Assembly (NCBI GenBank): GCA_040772485.1
Contig: JAXGYC010000007.1
Location: 704,001 to 768,000 of the forward strand
Direction of reading: 5' to 3'
Length of the DNA stretch: 64,000 nucleotides
Origin: Sedimentisphaerales bacterium
Lineage (GTDB): Bacteria; Planctomycetota; Phycisphaerae; Sedimentisphaerales; Anaerobacaceae
The position numbers and the translations under genes are program-made. Of the stretch, positions 1-9,738 are shown piece after piece. The notes beneath the pieces were generated by a model. It had not been told where the DNA came from. It did no database searches and saw only the letters and a program-made list of their open reading frames with translations. Every line of letters starts with the position of its first letter. Position 1 is the stretch's first letter.

Positions 1-607
1 CTTTCCGGGCGGCCCGCGCGAGAATCTCCGTGTCGATCAGCGCCCCGGTGCTTTCCATCTTGATCCGGTCGAAGATGCGGCGGCGATACAGCTTGAAGGC
101 GCAATCCACGTCGCGGACCTTCAGCGAGAATACCAGACCGGTGACCTTTGTCCAGAGCCACCCGTTGATCTTGCGGACGACGTTATCCCGGCGGTTCATT
201 CGGTAGCAACTGACGATGTCGTAGTCGTTCATCAGCGGCAGCAGCGCCGGCATCTCGCCGATGTCGAACTGGCCGTCGCCGTCGGTGTAAAAGACCAGTT
301 CTTTGCGCGCCGCGAGGAAACCGGACTGGAGGGCGGCGCCGTAGCCGAGGTTGCGTCCGTGGTGAACGACGCGAACCCGGTCGTTGCCGGCGGCGATATC
401 GTCGGCGATGTGCCCCGTCTCGTCGGCGCTGCCGTCGTCCACGATGATGATTTCGTAATCGGCGCCCAGTCCTTCGAGCACACGGACCGCCTGCTCGGCC
501 ACGCGCGCGACGTTAGCCTGCTCGTTGTAGCAGGGAAAGAAGACCGAAATGGATACGGCCGACGGCGACTGCCCACCCGGCGATGTCGGCCTGTCCGCCT
601 GGACCAT
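1..607 (-). CDS. Glycosyltransferase family 2 (polyprenol-phosphate glycosyltransferase-like), runs off window start
   Basis: Manual translation from ATG at 607: SISVFFPCYNEQ...IIIVDDGSADET...GYGAALQSG...YTDGDGQFD, typical GT2 motifs. Confidence 0.9.
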   Translation of the reverse strand, partial: MVQADRPTSPGGQSPSAVSISVFFPCYNEQANVARVAEQAVRVLEGLGADYEIIIVDDGSADETGHIADDIAAGNDRVRVVHHGRNLGYGAALQSGFLAARKELVFYTDGDGQFDIGEMPALLPLMNDYDIVSCYRMNRRDNVVRKINGWLWTKVTGLVFSLKVRDVDCAFKLYRRRIFDRIKMESTGALIDTEILARAARK

Positions 608-610
608 GGC

Positions 611-3600
611 TCACCACCTCTTCCTGTCGGAGATGCGGTCCCTCTCGATCAGATAGCGTTTCATCTGGTTCTCGCAGGTCTGGGCGACCTCGCGGTTGCC
701 CTGGGCCTCGGTCACCTGCTTGAGACGCACCATCGCCAGACGCGCCGCTTCGAGCCGCAGGTTGTAGCCATCGTGGTTGGCGTAGCTGGACTTGTTCTTC
801 TCGAACTGCGTGGTGTACTCGACGCAGATCTCGCTGACCCGCTGCTGAAGCTCCGGGGACCGAGCGGCAATCACCAGCAGATCGAGCATCGGTCCGGGCG
901 ACGGATCGAGATGGAACGCCTTGATGACCATGTCCAGGCCCTGCTGCCTCTGGCTGGCCTCGGTGGACAGCAGAAGGTTGTGTCCGACCGAGAAATTGGC
1001 GGTGAATTCGTCGGGATACGTGGTCCGGCCGGTGAACATGCCTCCGAACAACTGCTTGCCCTGCTCGGTCGTCACGTTGACGAACAGCTTCTGCTTGTTG
1101 TTGAGGAAGACCAGACGCCAGTTGGGGTCGTATTCGAGGGCGCGGACGAAATCCTTGTCGAACTGGTTGGCCGGCATCAGGACCACCCAGACGTCAAACT
1201 TGTTGAGTTGCTCGGTCACCCACTGCCCGATCTCTCTGAGTTCGGCGGCGGTCGGGTCCCGTCCCTCGTATGCGGCCCTTCGGGCGGCCGGCCCGCCCGC
1301 CAGGATCTCCGTCCAGAGGTCGAACGTCCTCGTGTCGTAGGCCGCCTGGGCCCGGCCGTCCATAAACAGTTGCAGAGGCGTCCGTCCCGTGTTGGGATCG
1401 GGGTCCTGGCCCCAGGCGATGAACCCGCCCTCTGTCCAGTAGTTGAACATGTTGCCGGCCAGCTTGTTCTCGCGGATGAACTGGCAGGCGTAGAACGGCT
1501 TGGCGTCGGAGGCGGTCATCCGCATGAAGATCGACGTCAGCTTCGGGTCCGCCGGCCAGTAGTCCAGGTAGATTAGCTTGAACCTCAGCCCTACCCACAG
1601 GCCAAATCCTACGACAGCCGCCAAGACCAGTACCGACGCGACTTGCGACGCCGGCTTGAGGAGCATGCGGGCATCCGCCTGCCTGGCCCCTCCGCCATAT
1701 CTGTCGGTCCCGAGAAACATGGCCAACAGGGGAAACGACGAGAACGCCAGCAACGTTCCGACCGCCAGGAGCCAGAAACGCGGTTGAATCTGCGTGGGCA
1801 CACCCGGCACCGGGAAGAACAACCAAGGCCAGAACAGCAGACGCCACAATCCCAGGACGGCCAGCGCCCCCGCCAGCCCGATCAGAAGCAGGCGTTCTAC
1901 GGTCGCGTCGCGATCCACATCGGACATCCGGGCGGCGCCGCGCAGATCCGCAATGGCCAGGACCGAGGCCACGATTCGCTGCACCAGTAATGCGATCACC
2001 GGACAGGCGGCCACGGCCGCGATCGGGATGAACCGTCGCGACCGGATGGCCATGTAGACGGTCATCGCGGCCACAATGACAAAGACGACATCGATCTGAG
2101 GCCCGGCGGGCGCCTCGGCCTTCCCTCCACGCTTCTTTGGAGACCGTTCGGCCAGCGTCAGCCGCACCGACAGAAAGGCCCAGACCAGCAGAGCGAGCCA
2201 GGCAAGAAGATACATCGTCAGAAACGGGATGGCCGTGCCGACCGGGTTGGTCCAGTCCAGGGCCCGATGCCATTCGTGGACGTCGCGCCAACGTTCGGCG
2301 TGCTCGCTGACCGAGATCACGAAAGTGTGCGTCAGGTTGGTCAGGTGGAACGGATTGAAAACAACCATCGCGACGAACGCGACCGCTCCGGCGCCGACCG
2401 TGTGCAAGAGGGTCCGGCGATCCAGCACGCGAAGGGCCTTGTCTCTGAGCGACAGAACCGCCGCCCCGAATGCCATGGACAGAACGAACATGCCGACGCA
2501 CGTCCAGCGTCCCCCGGCCGCGTGATCGGCAAAGATTCTCAGGATACGATCGTTCATCGTGTTGGGCGGCGCGGGGAAGTACCGCGCCAGCAGCAGAAGG
2601 AACACGATGCACGTTGCGACGACGTGCAGGGCCGTCAGGGCACTATCGCTGATCTGCCGGTGCAGAACGGCCGCGATGCTGCCCCCGACGGCCAGCACCA
2701 GAACCACAACCATCCAGTCGCCGATGCCGGAAGCGCCGGCGTTGGTCTGCGAGAAATACTCGGCCATCAACTCGGCCCGGCGACCGAGGAACTGATGGGT
2801 CAGGCCGGAGAGGACCAGCCAGGTCAAAACGCTATAAACCGCCACCAACCAGCGTTTCGGAAGGTGCATGATCAGATGCCAGCCTACGAACGGGACCAGC
2901 ACGATGAAAGCGTAAACATAGCCCCCGTGCACGTTGGACCAGAAGACCACCACCGGCACGATCAGCCAGATGTAGAGCGCGTTCCTGTAGCTGGTCAGGG
3001 CCAGAATCAGGACAAAGACCGCCACCAGCAGGTTCGAGAAGCCGGCCGGACGGATGTCGAAGAAGGACCGCCCGATGAACAAGGCGAAACCCGAGGCGGT
3101 AGCGGCCAGGGCGGGGTTCACACCCAACAGCCGGGCGGTGAAGTAGATCGCAGCAACCGCCAGGAAGTACACAGCAAATTTCCAGAACACCAGCGCATCG
3201 AAGTACGGCTCCTGCTCCGAACCGAACATGGTGGTCAGGCGGTAGAAGATGACGTGTGTCAGCCAGTTCTGGTTGATCCAGCCGGTCGGGTGCCACTTGC
3301 GAACCGTTTCGAGGCCTACCTTCTCGGTGATCCAGCGAGCCCAGCCCGGCCAGGTCTCGATCTCGGCCTCCGTCGGGCCGGCGCGGTGGCTGTTGGCGCT
3401 GAAAGGCTCGACGGTGTCCACGCCGTGGTTGACAAAGTGCCGTCCGCACGCCATCGCCACCCAGGTGTCGCCGGCGGCCACCATGTGCGTGCAGGCGTGA
3501 AAGGCGAAGATCAACATCGCCAGCCAGCCGGCGGCCACCACACAAACGGACCATGCCGACCGTCCTTCGGTTGTTAACAGTGCGTCTGCCTCGCCGGTCT

Positions 3601-3628
3601 CATTTGCCGCCATTCGCGCGCTTTCCAA
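611..3628 (-). CDS. Large polytopic membrane protein, putative GT-C-type glycosyltransferase with helical C-terminal domain
   Basis: 1005 aa, many hydrophobic segments; motifs GDTW, NQNWL, DIRP, WSNVHGG, NPFH, EWH, FNYWTEGGF, FMDGR; ends 3 bp upstream of the GT2 start. Confidence 0.6.
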   Translation of the reverse strand: MESARMAANETGEADALLTTEGRSAWSVCVVAAGWLAMLIFAFHACTHMVAAGDTWVAMACGRHFVNHGVDTVEPFSANSHRAGPTEAEIETWPGWARWITEKVGLETVRKWHPTGWINQNWLTHVIFYRLTTMFGSEQEPYFDALVFWKFAVYFLAVAAIYFTARLLGVNPALAATASGFALFIGRSFFDIRPAGFSNLLVAVFVLILALTSYRNALYIWLIVPVVVFWSNVHGGYVYAFIVLVPFVGWHLIMHLPKRWLVAVYSVLTWLVLSGLTHQFLGRRAELMAEYFSQTNAGASGIGDWMVVVLVLAVGGSIAAVLHRQISDSALTALHVVATCIVFLLLLARYFPAPPNTMNDRILRIFADHAAGGRWTCVGMFVLSMAFGAAVLSLRDKALRVLDRRTLLHTVGAGAVAFVAMVVFNPFHLTNLTHTFVISVSEHAERWRDVHEWHRALDWTNPVGTAIPFLTMYLLAWLALLVWAFLSVRLTLAERSPKKRGGKAEAPAGPQIDVVFVIVAAMTVYMAIRSRRFIPIAAVAACPVIALLVQRIVASVLAIADLRGAARMSDVDRDATVERLLLIGLAGALAVLGLWRLLFWPWLFFPVPGVPTQIQPRFWLLAVGTLLAFSSFPLLAMFLGTDRYGGGARQADARMLLKPASQVASVLVLAAVVGFGLWVGLRFKLIYLDYWPADPKLTSIFMRMTASDAKPFYACQFIRENKLAGNMFNYWTEGGFIAWGQDPDPNTGRTPLQLFMDGRAQAAYDTRTFDLWTEILAGGPAARRAAYEGRDPTAAELREIGQWVTEQLNKFDVWVVLMPANQFDKDFVRALEYDPNWRLVFLNNKQKLFVNVTTEQGKQLFGGMFTGRTTYPDEFTANFSVGHNLLLSTEASQRQQGLDMVIKAFHLDPSPGPMLDLLVIAARSPELQQRVSEICVEYTTQFEKNKSSYANHDGYNLRLEAARLAMVRLKQVTEAQGNREVAQTCENQMKRYLIERDRISDRKRW

Positions 3629-3828
3629 CAGGTTTCGGCTGATAGTATCGTAGAAGGATACTGCTTCTTCCGTATATCGTCAAGAACGCCCCCCGCCCTG
3701 TTGCGGTTTGTGGAAAACGGTGTACGGAACGAAAGCAGAATGTGGTCCCAAGCGCGCACAGTCTCACTCTGGCCGGCCAATGCACCGCCCAAGCCTTCGG
3801 CCCCTGGTACATTCGCCGACGAGCCAAT

Positions 3829-5019
3829 TCACTGGCTGAGCCACTGCTCCAGGCGGTCGAGGCCCTTCTTGATGTGCTCCATCGAGCAGGCGAAGCTCAG
3901 GCGCACGTTGTCGCCGCAGCCGAACGGCAGACCCGGGACCAGGGCCACGTTGGCCTGCTCCAGCAGGGCCGAGGCGAATTGCATACTGTCGCCGATCCCG
4001 GCCCCGCCAATGGTCCGGCCGAAGTGCGCGGAAACGTCCGGGAAACAGTAGAACGCTCCGGCCGGCTCGGCGCATCGCACGCCCTTGATGGCGTTGAGCC
4101 GGTCGGCCATGTACTTGCCGCGTTTGGCGAACTCGACCCGCATCTGTTCGATCGTCGCATCGGCCTGCGGGCCGAAGGCGGCAATCGCTGCGTACTGGGC
4201 AAACGTCACAGGGTTCGAGGTCATGTGGTCCTGGAGGCGGGACATCGCCTTGATGACGTCCAGCGGTCCGGCGGTGTAGCCTAGTCGCCAGCCGGTCATG
4301 GAGAACGCCTTGCTCAGGCCGTTGAGGGTCAGCGTCCTCTGGAACGCGTCGTCGCTCAGGGCCGCGAAGCTGATGAACTTCGAGTCACCATAGACGAGCT
4401 TCTCGTAGATTTCATCGGACATCACGCAGACGTTGGTGCCTTCGAGCACCTTGGCCAAGGCCCGCAGTTCGTCCGGCGTGTACATGAACCCGCCGGGGTT
4501 GCTGGGCGAGTTGAGAATGAGCATCGCGGTCTTGGGCGTAATAGCTTTTTTGAGCTGCTTCGGCGTGATCTTGTAGCTGTTGGCCTTGTCCGTCTCGACG
4601 ATCTTCGTCACCGCGCCGGCCAGCTTGATCGCCTCGGGATACGTCACCCAGTAGGGTCGGGGCAGCAGCACCTCGTCGCCCGGATCGAGCACCGCCTGCA
4701 TCGCCTCGTAGACCGAGTGCTTGCCGCCGATGTTGACGACGATCTGCTCGGGCGTGTACTTGAGCCCGTTCTCCCGTTCGAGCTTCCTGGCGATCGCGGT
4801 CCGCAGCTCGATGATGCCCGCGGCGGGCGTGTACTTGGTCTTGCCCTCTTTCAGGGCCCTGATTGCCGCTTCCTTGATATACTCCGGCGTATCGAAATCC
4901 GGCTCGCCCGCTCCGAAACCGACCACGTCGATCCCCTGGGCCTTCAGCTCCTTGGCTCGGGCCGTCACGGCGATTGTTGCCGAAGGTGGAACGCTCTTGG
5001 CTCTCTGGCTGATCTTCAT
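3829..5019 (-). CDS. aspC: PLP-dependent aspartate aminotransferase (class I/II)
   Basis: GAGEPDF, NSPSNPGG, SDEIYE, SKAFSMTGWRLGY; start MKISQRA. Confidence 0.9.
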   Translation of the reverse strand: MKISQRAKSVPPSATIAVTARAKELKAQGIDVVGFGAGEPDFDTPEYIKEAAIRALKEGKTKYTPAAGIIELRTAIARKLERENGLKYTPEQIVVNIGGKHSVYEAMQAVLDPGDEVLLPRPYWVTYPEAIKLAGAVTKIVETDKANSYKITPKQLKKAITPKTAMLILNSPSNPGGFMYTPDELRALAKVLEGTNVCVMSDEIYEKLVYGDSKFISFAALSDDAFQRTLTLNGLSKAFSMTGWRLGYTAGPLDVIKAMSRLQDHMTSNPVTFAQYAAIAAFGPQADATIEQMRVEFAKRGKYMADRLNAIKGVRCAEPAGAFYCFPDVSAHFGRTIGGAGIGDSMQFASALLEQANVALVPGLPFGCGDNVRLSFACSMEHIKKGLDRLEQWLSQ

Positions 5020-5282
5020 CGTCAAAATACCCTTTCTCGTGGAATCCCATTCTGACAACCGGCGGCTCATTAAACCCAAAACCGCCCGCCAGTCAAGCGA
5101 ATTCGCATTCTCGTGATCTGCGTGTCTGTGCGGATGTCAGGGCAAGGCCCATTACAGGCACAGAGAGCTGTGTGTGGCAGCGGCAAACGGAGCAAGGCGG
5201 AGTTTGCCGATGGTTTCGATCTGCCCGATGGAAGGCATGGCCCCTCTCTGCTGGGGTAGAGAGGGGCCACGGGATTCTGCCG

Positions 5283-7742
5283 TCAGTCGGCCGGTGTCGG
5301 CTCGACCTTCATCACACCGAGATAGGTGAAGTGATTGGTGTTGACGTTGTTGGCGGTCGGGGCCAGATCGATCCGGATCTCGCCGGCGTCGTCGGGCGCG
5401 ATCGCGGTGACGCTTGCGAACTCGCTCTCGTTGTCCGAGGCATTCAAGGCCGCGAAGCCTGAGTCGGCTCCGGCGACCGTGTAACCTGTCTCGCGGTTGT
5501 CACGGACGCCCATTCGCGAGGCGTAGAAGGTGAAATCGTACGTCAGCAGCGGGTCCAGTCCCGTCAGTTTGAAGCTCGGGAAGACATCGGCCAGCCCGCT
5601 GAGTGTCTCGGTGTTGCCGAACAGGGAGTCGCGCGTGGCATTCGCGGGGAAGACCGGCGAGGCGAGCGTCCCGTTGGTGTTGGCGCCGTTGAACCGCCGG
5701 ATCGTGATCAGACTGACCTTCGTCGCAATCCCCTCCACGGTCACCAGAGCGGCCAGGCGACCGCCATCGACGCACCCGACGCTCTGTGTCACGTTGTTCC
5801 ATGCATTGGCCGGATCGTCGTTCGTGGGAGTCTCCGAAGCGCCGAAATCGATGAGAAGAACCTCCAGACGCACCTGCCCCGCCACGGCCGAGCCGGCGGC
5901 GATCTGATTGCCCGCCAGATCCTGCAACGCGCTGACGCTCACCGTGAAGCTGCCCAGAACGCGCTGGCCCAGCGTGAGAACAACAGTGCGACCGTCGGCG
6001 CCCGGCTCGGCGGCGACGACCTCGACAGTCCCCTCGTTGACGCCGTAGTTGGCCGCCACGGCAGCCGTCTCCTGAGCCAGACGCTCGTCGAAGGACAGCG
6101 TGATCGTATAGCCGTTGGTGCTCTCGGCCGACAGCAGGACCGGCGCGTTGACGTCGGGGACCACGTGGAGGACCGCCCCTTCGCTCAGGGCGCTGTAGAC
6201 CATGTTGCTGACGCCCACCGCAAAGACGGCGCCGTCCATGTCCGGCGTCACGATGTCGATCGTATACGCGAAGTCGTTGGCGTCGGCGATCGCGCCGCCG
6301 TTCTTGTACCACTGCACAACATACGGAGGCGTACTCTGAACCTGGGCCTGGAACGTGACGGACTGGTAGGCGACCACCGTCTGGCTGGCCGGCTGCCGCA
6401 CAAAGACGATCGGCTGCTGCTCGGGGATCTCTTCAACCTTCATCGCGCCGAGATAGATGAAGTGATATCCGTTATTGTTGTTCGCCGTCGGGGCCAGATG
6501 GATCGTGATCTCCTTCATCGCGTCGGGCACGATGCCCAGCGCCGTTGCCACCTCGTCCACGTTGTTGGCGGGATCGAGCGTCACATACGTGGTTCCTTCG
6601 CCCACGACCGTGTAGCTCGTCTCGCGGACGTCGGTGGCGCCCAGCCGCGATCCGTAGAAGGTGAAGTTGTACACTCGTTCCGGATTGAGGCCGGTCAACT
6701 TGAAGCTGGGCGTCACATTGGCCAGTCCGCCCCAGATTTCGGTGTTGCCGTAGAGGGAATCCCGCGTGGCGTTCCCGGGGAACACCGTCGATTCGAGAGT
6801 CCCGTTGGTGTTTGGACCGCTGCCGTTGAACGGACTGAGAATCTCCAGACCGATCGAAGTCGGCACGTTCAAGGTGTTGAGCAGACCGGAAAGCTGCCCA
6901 CCGGCTACACCACCGACGGCCTCGGTCACGTTGTTCCAGAAATTCACCGGGTCGTCCGGCGCCGGGCCGTTCTGCGTGGGCGTGCCCGACGTGCCGAAGT
7001 CCAGCAGTAGAGTCTGCACCTTGGGCATGGCCCATGCCGCCAGCACCGGCTCGACGATCGAGCGCCACAGTTCGTAGCCGGCGGCGTTCATGTGGAGCAT
7101 GTCGCTGCCGAACAGCTCGGGACGAGGCTGGCCGCTCTCGTTGAGCATCGGGGTGAACACGTCGATGAACCACAGGTGCGCATCGGTCGCGGCCAGGGCC
7201 TCCAGACGCTCGTTCAACTGCCGCGTGACCTCCACATACTGGGCCCGGCTCGGGCTGGGCTTGGTGGCAATGAAGGCGATGTCCGCCTCGGGCAACTGCT
7301 CCTCGACCAGCGCGACGAATTGCAGATACTCGGCGTAAACCTGGTCCACGGACTTTCCGCCGGACAGGTCGTTGTCGCCCTCGTAGACCAGGATCAGGGC
7401 CGGATCGTACACAGCTACGACGCGATCAAAATAGTACAGCAGATCGCTCATGTACGAACCGCCGAAGCCGCGATTCATCACGGGATAGTCCGGGAAGTCC
7501 GTCGCCAGCGTGGTCCACATCCGAATGCTCGAGGAGCCGACGAACAACACAGGGTTCTCGGGAGGAGGCGTGGTCAGGTCCGCGCGCTCGAACGCCTGGA
7601 TGTCGGCCTCGAAGCGGGTCGGGTCCTGCGCCCGGGCCGGAGCGAGCGGCAGCACCAGGAGCGATGCGGCGAGCCATACCGCCAATCGCGATGTGACGCC
7701 GAGCCTGCTATGGATCTTCACACAATGTGCCTGTCTGGACAT
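5283..7742 (-). CDS. Secreted SGNH/GDSL hydrolase with two copies of an unknown beta-domain and Ig-like domains
   Basis: Signal peptide; FVGSSS, NRGFGGS, YEGDND, DMLH; repeated LLxDFG...WNNVT...ATRDSL...FKLTGL...FTFY unit. Confidence 0.8.
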   Translation of the reverse strand: MSRQAHCVKIHSRLGVTSRLAVWLAASLLVLPLAPARAQDPTRFEADIQAFERADLTTPPPENPVLFVGSSSIRMWTTLATDFPDYPVMNRGFGGSYMSDLLYYFDRVVAVYDPALILVYEGDNDLSGGKSVDQVYAEYLQFVALVEEQLPEADIAFIATKPSPSRAQYVEVTRQLNERLEALAATDAHLWFIDVFTPMLNESGQPRPELFGSDMLHMNAAGYELWRSIVEPVLAAWAMPKVQTLLLDFGTSGTPTQNGPAPDDPVNFWNNVTEAVGGVAGGQLSGLLNTLNVPTSIGLEILSPFNGSGPNTNGTLESTVFPGNATRDSLYGNTEIWGGLANVTPSFKLTGLNPERVYNFTFYGSRLGATDVRETSYTVVGEGTTYVTLDPANNVDEVATALGIVPDAMKEITIHLAPTANNNNGYHFIYLGAMKVEEIPEQQPIVFVRQPASQTVVAYQSVTFQAQVQSTPPYVVQWYKNGGAIADANDFAYTIDIVTPDMDGAVFAVGVSNMVYSALSEGAVLHVVPDVNAPVLLSAESTNGYTITLSFDERLAQETAAVAANYGVNEGTVEVVAAEPGADGRTVVLTLGQRVLGSFTVSVSALQDLAGNQIAAGSAVAGQVRLEVLLIDFGASETPTNDDPANAWNNVTQSVGCVDGGRLAALVTVEGIATKVSLITIRRFNGANTNGTLASPVFPANATRDSLFGNTETLSGLADVFPSFKLTGLDPLLTYDFTFYASRMGVRDNRETGYTVAGADSGFAALNASDNESEFASVTAIAPDDAGEIRIDLAPTANNVNTNHFTYLGVMKVEPTPAD

Positions 7743-7899
7743 GACCGAACCTCCTCATGGTGCGCTGGAATCTGCTGCCTGCATCCGGCGGTGACGTCTG
7801 CCACATGTTCCTATAGCATCATACAGTCGCCGGCGTCGAGGGTCAATCGAAATCGTGGCGACATTGACAAGGAGGACGCGCACAGGTAGGCTGGCATGG

Positions 7900-8751
7900 A
7901 TGCGTGTCCTGCGAGCCATCCTGCTGGTGATTCTGTCCGGGCTGAGCCTAAGCGGCTGCGAGCCGGCGTCCGAGCCGGTGGTGCCGATCTGGGAACAAGT
8001 CAAGATCGGCGAACTCGCACCGCCGTCGCCCGATTCCTCGCGGCAGGCGAAGTTCCTGGCGACCGTCAACCTCGACGTCTACACCATGGACGTGCCGGCC
8101 GAGAACATCCGCAAGCTCGACGATCTCTGGCAGACGCTCTCAGCCAAGCCGATCCAGACCAACAGCTACAGCGCCTTCGCGGGCAACTCCTTCCGCGTGC
8201 GGCTGGGACGCACGACGATGTGGGAGCAGATTCGGGATCTGCTGGCCGCGGCCGGGGCCCAGGATGCAGGAACCACCTCCCTGGTGATCGGCAACGACGA
8301 ACCCGCGAACCTCCCTGTTGCCAAGGTCCCTCAGAACAGCGAGATCTCCTTTGTCGGCACGGACCTGTCGTCGCAAACCGTGAAAGCCGGCCCCGGACTG
8401 CTGGTGTTGCGGCTTCGCGAGCAGGCGATTCCCGGCGCTCGCGGCGTTCGCAAAATCATCGCCTATCCCGTGTATACATTGGCCTTGACCAGCGCGATTC
8501 CGGAACTGGACGAGCAGAATCGCCGGCGGGAGTTCTATTTCGACTCGGCGGCGTTCGCCGCCCAGATGACGCCGGGCGACCTGCTGGTGCTGGCGCCCGA
8601 CAGCTACTCGGGCGAGACCCTCACGCTGGGCGGGCGGTTCTTCAACCGGCCGGAACCGGTGGTATTCTTCGACCCGGAAACGAAGGAGCCGCCGAAGCGC
8701 CGCCCGGCCTTTCGCGTGTTCGTCCTGGTGTGCACGCGCATCAATGATTGA
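7900..8751 (+). CDS. Putative lipoprotein
   Basis: MRVLRAILLVILSGLSLSGC lipobox; start uncertain (7855 alternative). Confidence 0.65.
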   Translation: MRVLRAILLVILSGLSLSGCEPASEPVVPIWEQVKIGELAPPSPDSSRQAKFLATVNLDVYTMDVPAENIRKLDDLWQTLSAKPIQTNSYSAFAGNSFRVRLGRTTMWEQIRDLLAAAGAQDAGTTSLVIGNDEPANLPVAKVPQNSEISFVGTDLSSQTVKAGPGLLVLRLREQAIPGARGVRKIIAYPVYTLALTSAIPELDEQNRRREFYFDSAAFAAQMTPGDLLVLAPDSYSGETLTLGGRFFNRPEPVVFFDPETKEPPKRRPAFRVFVLVCTRIND

Positions 8752-8757
8752 GCGACC

Positions 8758-9720
8758 ATGGCTGAGAAGACTACCGTTTCGCTGATTCGATGTCACGACT
8801 ATCAACCCGCAAGGGTGGCGAAGGCCGTGGAACATCAACTCCACCTGCTCGGGGGCCTTGAACGATTCGTCAAGCCCGGTGACAGCGTGCTGCTCAAACC
8901 GAACTTCATCTCGCCGCGGTCGCACCGGCAAGATCCGACGCAGACGCACCCCGAGGTGATCCTGGCAGTCGCACGACTTCTCAAGGACTTCGGGGCCCGG
9001 CCGTTCGTGGGGGATTCGCCCGGATGGGGAGACGTACAGAGCTGTGCCGAGGCGCTGGAGCTGATCGAGCCATTGAAGAGACTGGGTGTCCCTCTGCGAC
9101 AACTGGACAGGCCCAGGACGCGCCGTGTCGGGAGGCATGGTCCGCGAGTCGGGCTCAGCGCCGTGGCGCTGGAAGCCGACGCCATCATCAACCTGCCCAA
9201 GCTCAAGGCGCACGGCCAGCTTCTGGTGACTCTGGCGGTCAAGAACATGTTCGGGTGCGTCAGCGGCAAGCGCAAGGCGATGTGTCATTACCTGTACGGA
9301 GGCGACCCGGCGAGATTCTGCCGACTGCTGATCGACATCTGCTACATCCTCCGGCCGGCGCTGACCCTCATCGACGGCATTGTCGCAATGGAGCGAACGG
9401 GTCCGTCGGGGGGCGCCAGCAGGCCCCTTGGCTGGCTGATCGGAGGCGCCGATCCGCTTTCGTGCGAGACGGTGTGCTGCCGACTGCTCGGCATCGATCC
9501 CGAGCGGGTTCCCCTGCTCCGTGCCGCGAGCGGCATGCAACTCGACGGTCTGGATCTCGACCGGATCGAGCTGGTGGGGGATCCACTGGGCGAGCCGCTC
9601 TCGGACTTCGAGCTGCCGACGCTGGCTCCGATCCGCTTCTCTCTGCGTCGGGTTCTGCGAAGCAAGCTGCGACAGATGTGGCTCCTGGCGCGCAAGCCCA
9701 AGCCCGCCCCGTCCACATGA
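8758..9720 (+). CDS. DUF362 domain protein
   Basis: VLLKPN, THPEV, VGDSP, INLPKLKAH, VKNMFG, DGIVAME-GP. Confidence 0.85.
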   Translation: MAEKTTVSLIRCHDYQPARVAKAVEHQLHLLGGLERFVKPGDSVLLKPNFISPRSHRQDPTQTHPEVILAVARLLKDFGARPFVGDSPGWGDVQSCAEALELIEPLKRLGVPLRQLDRPRTRRVGRHGPRVGLSAVALEADAIINLPKLKAHGQLLVTLAVKNMFGCVSGKRKAMCHYLYGGDPARFCRLLIDICYILRPALTLIDGIVAMERTGPSGGASRPLGWLIGGADPLSCETVCCRLLGIDPERVPLLRAASGMQLDGLDLDRIELVGDPLGEPLSDFELPTLAPIRFSLRRVLRSKLRQMWLLARKPKPAPST

Positions 9721-9738
9721 CGGACCGACGGGGACCGT

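Noticed and set aside
5160..5230. c-di-GMP-I riboswitch (GGCAAAC hairpin)
   Set aside because: Lacks the GNRA/receptor stem and the GGGACGCAAAGC segment; only a simple hairpin
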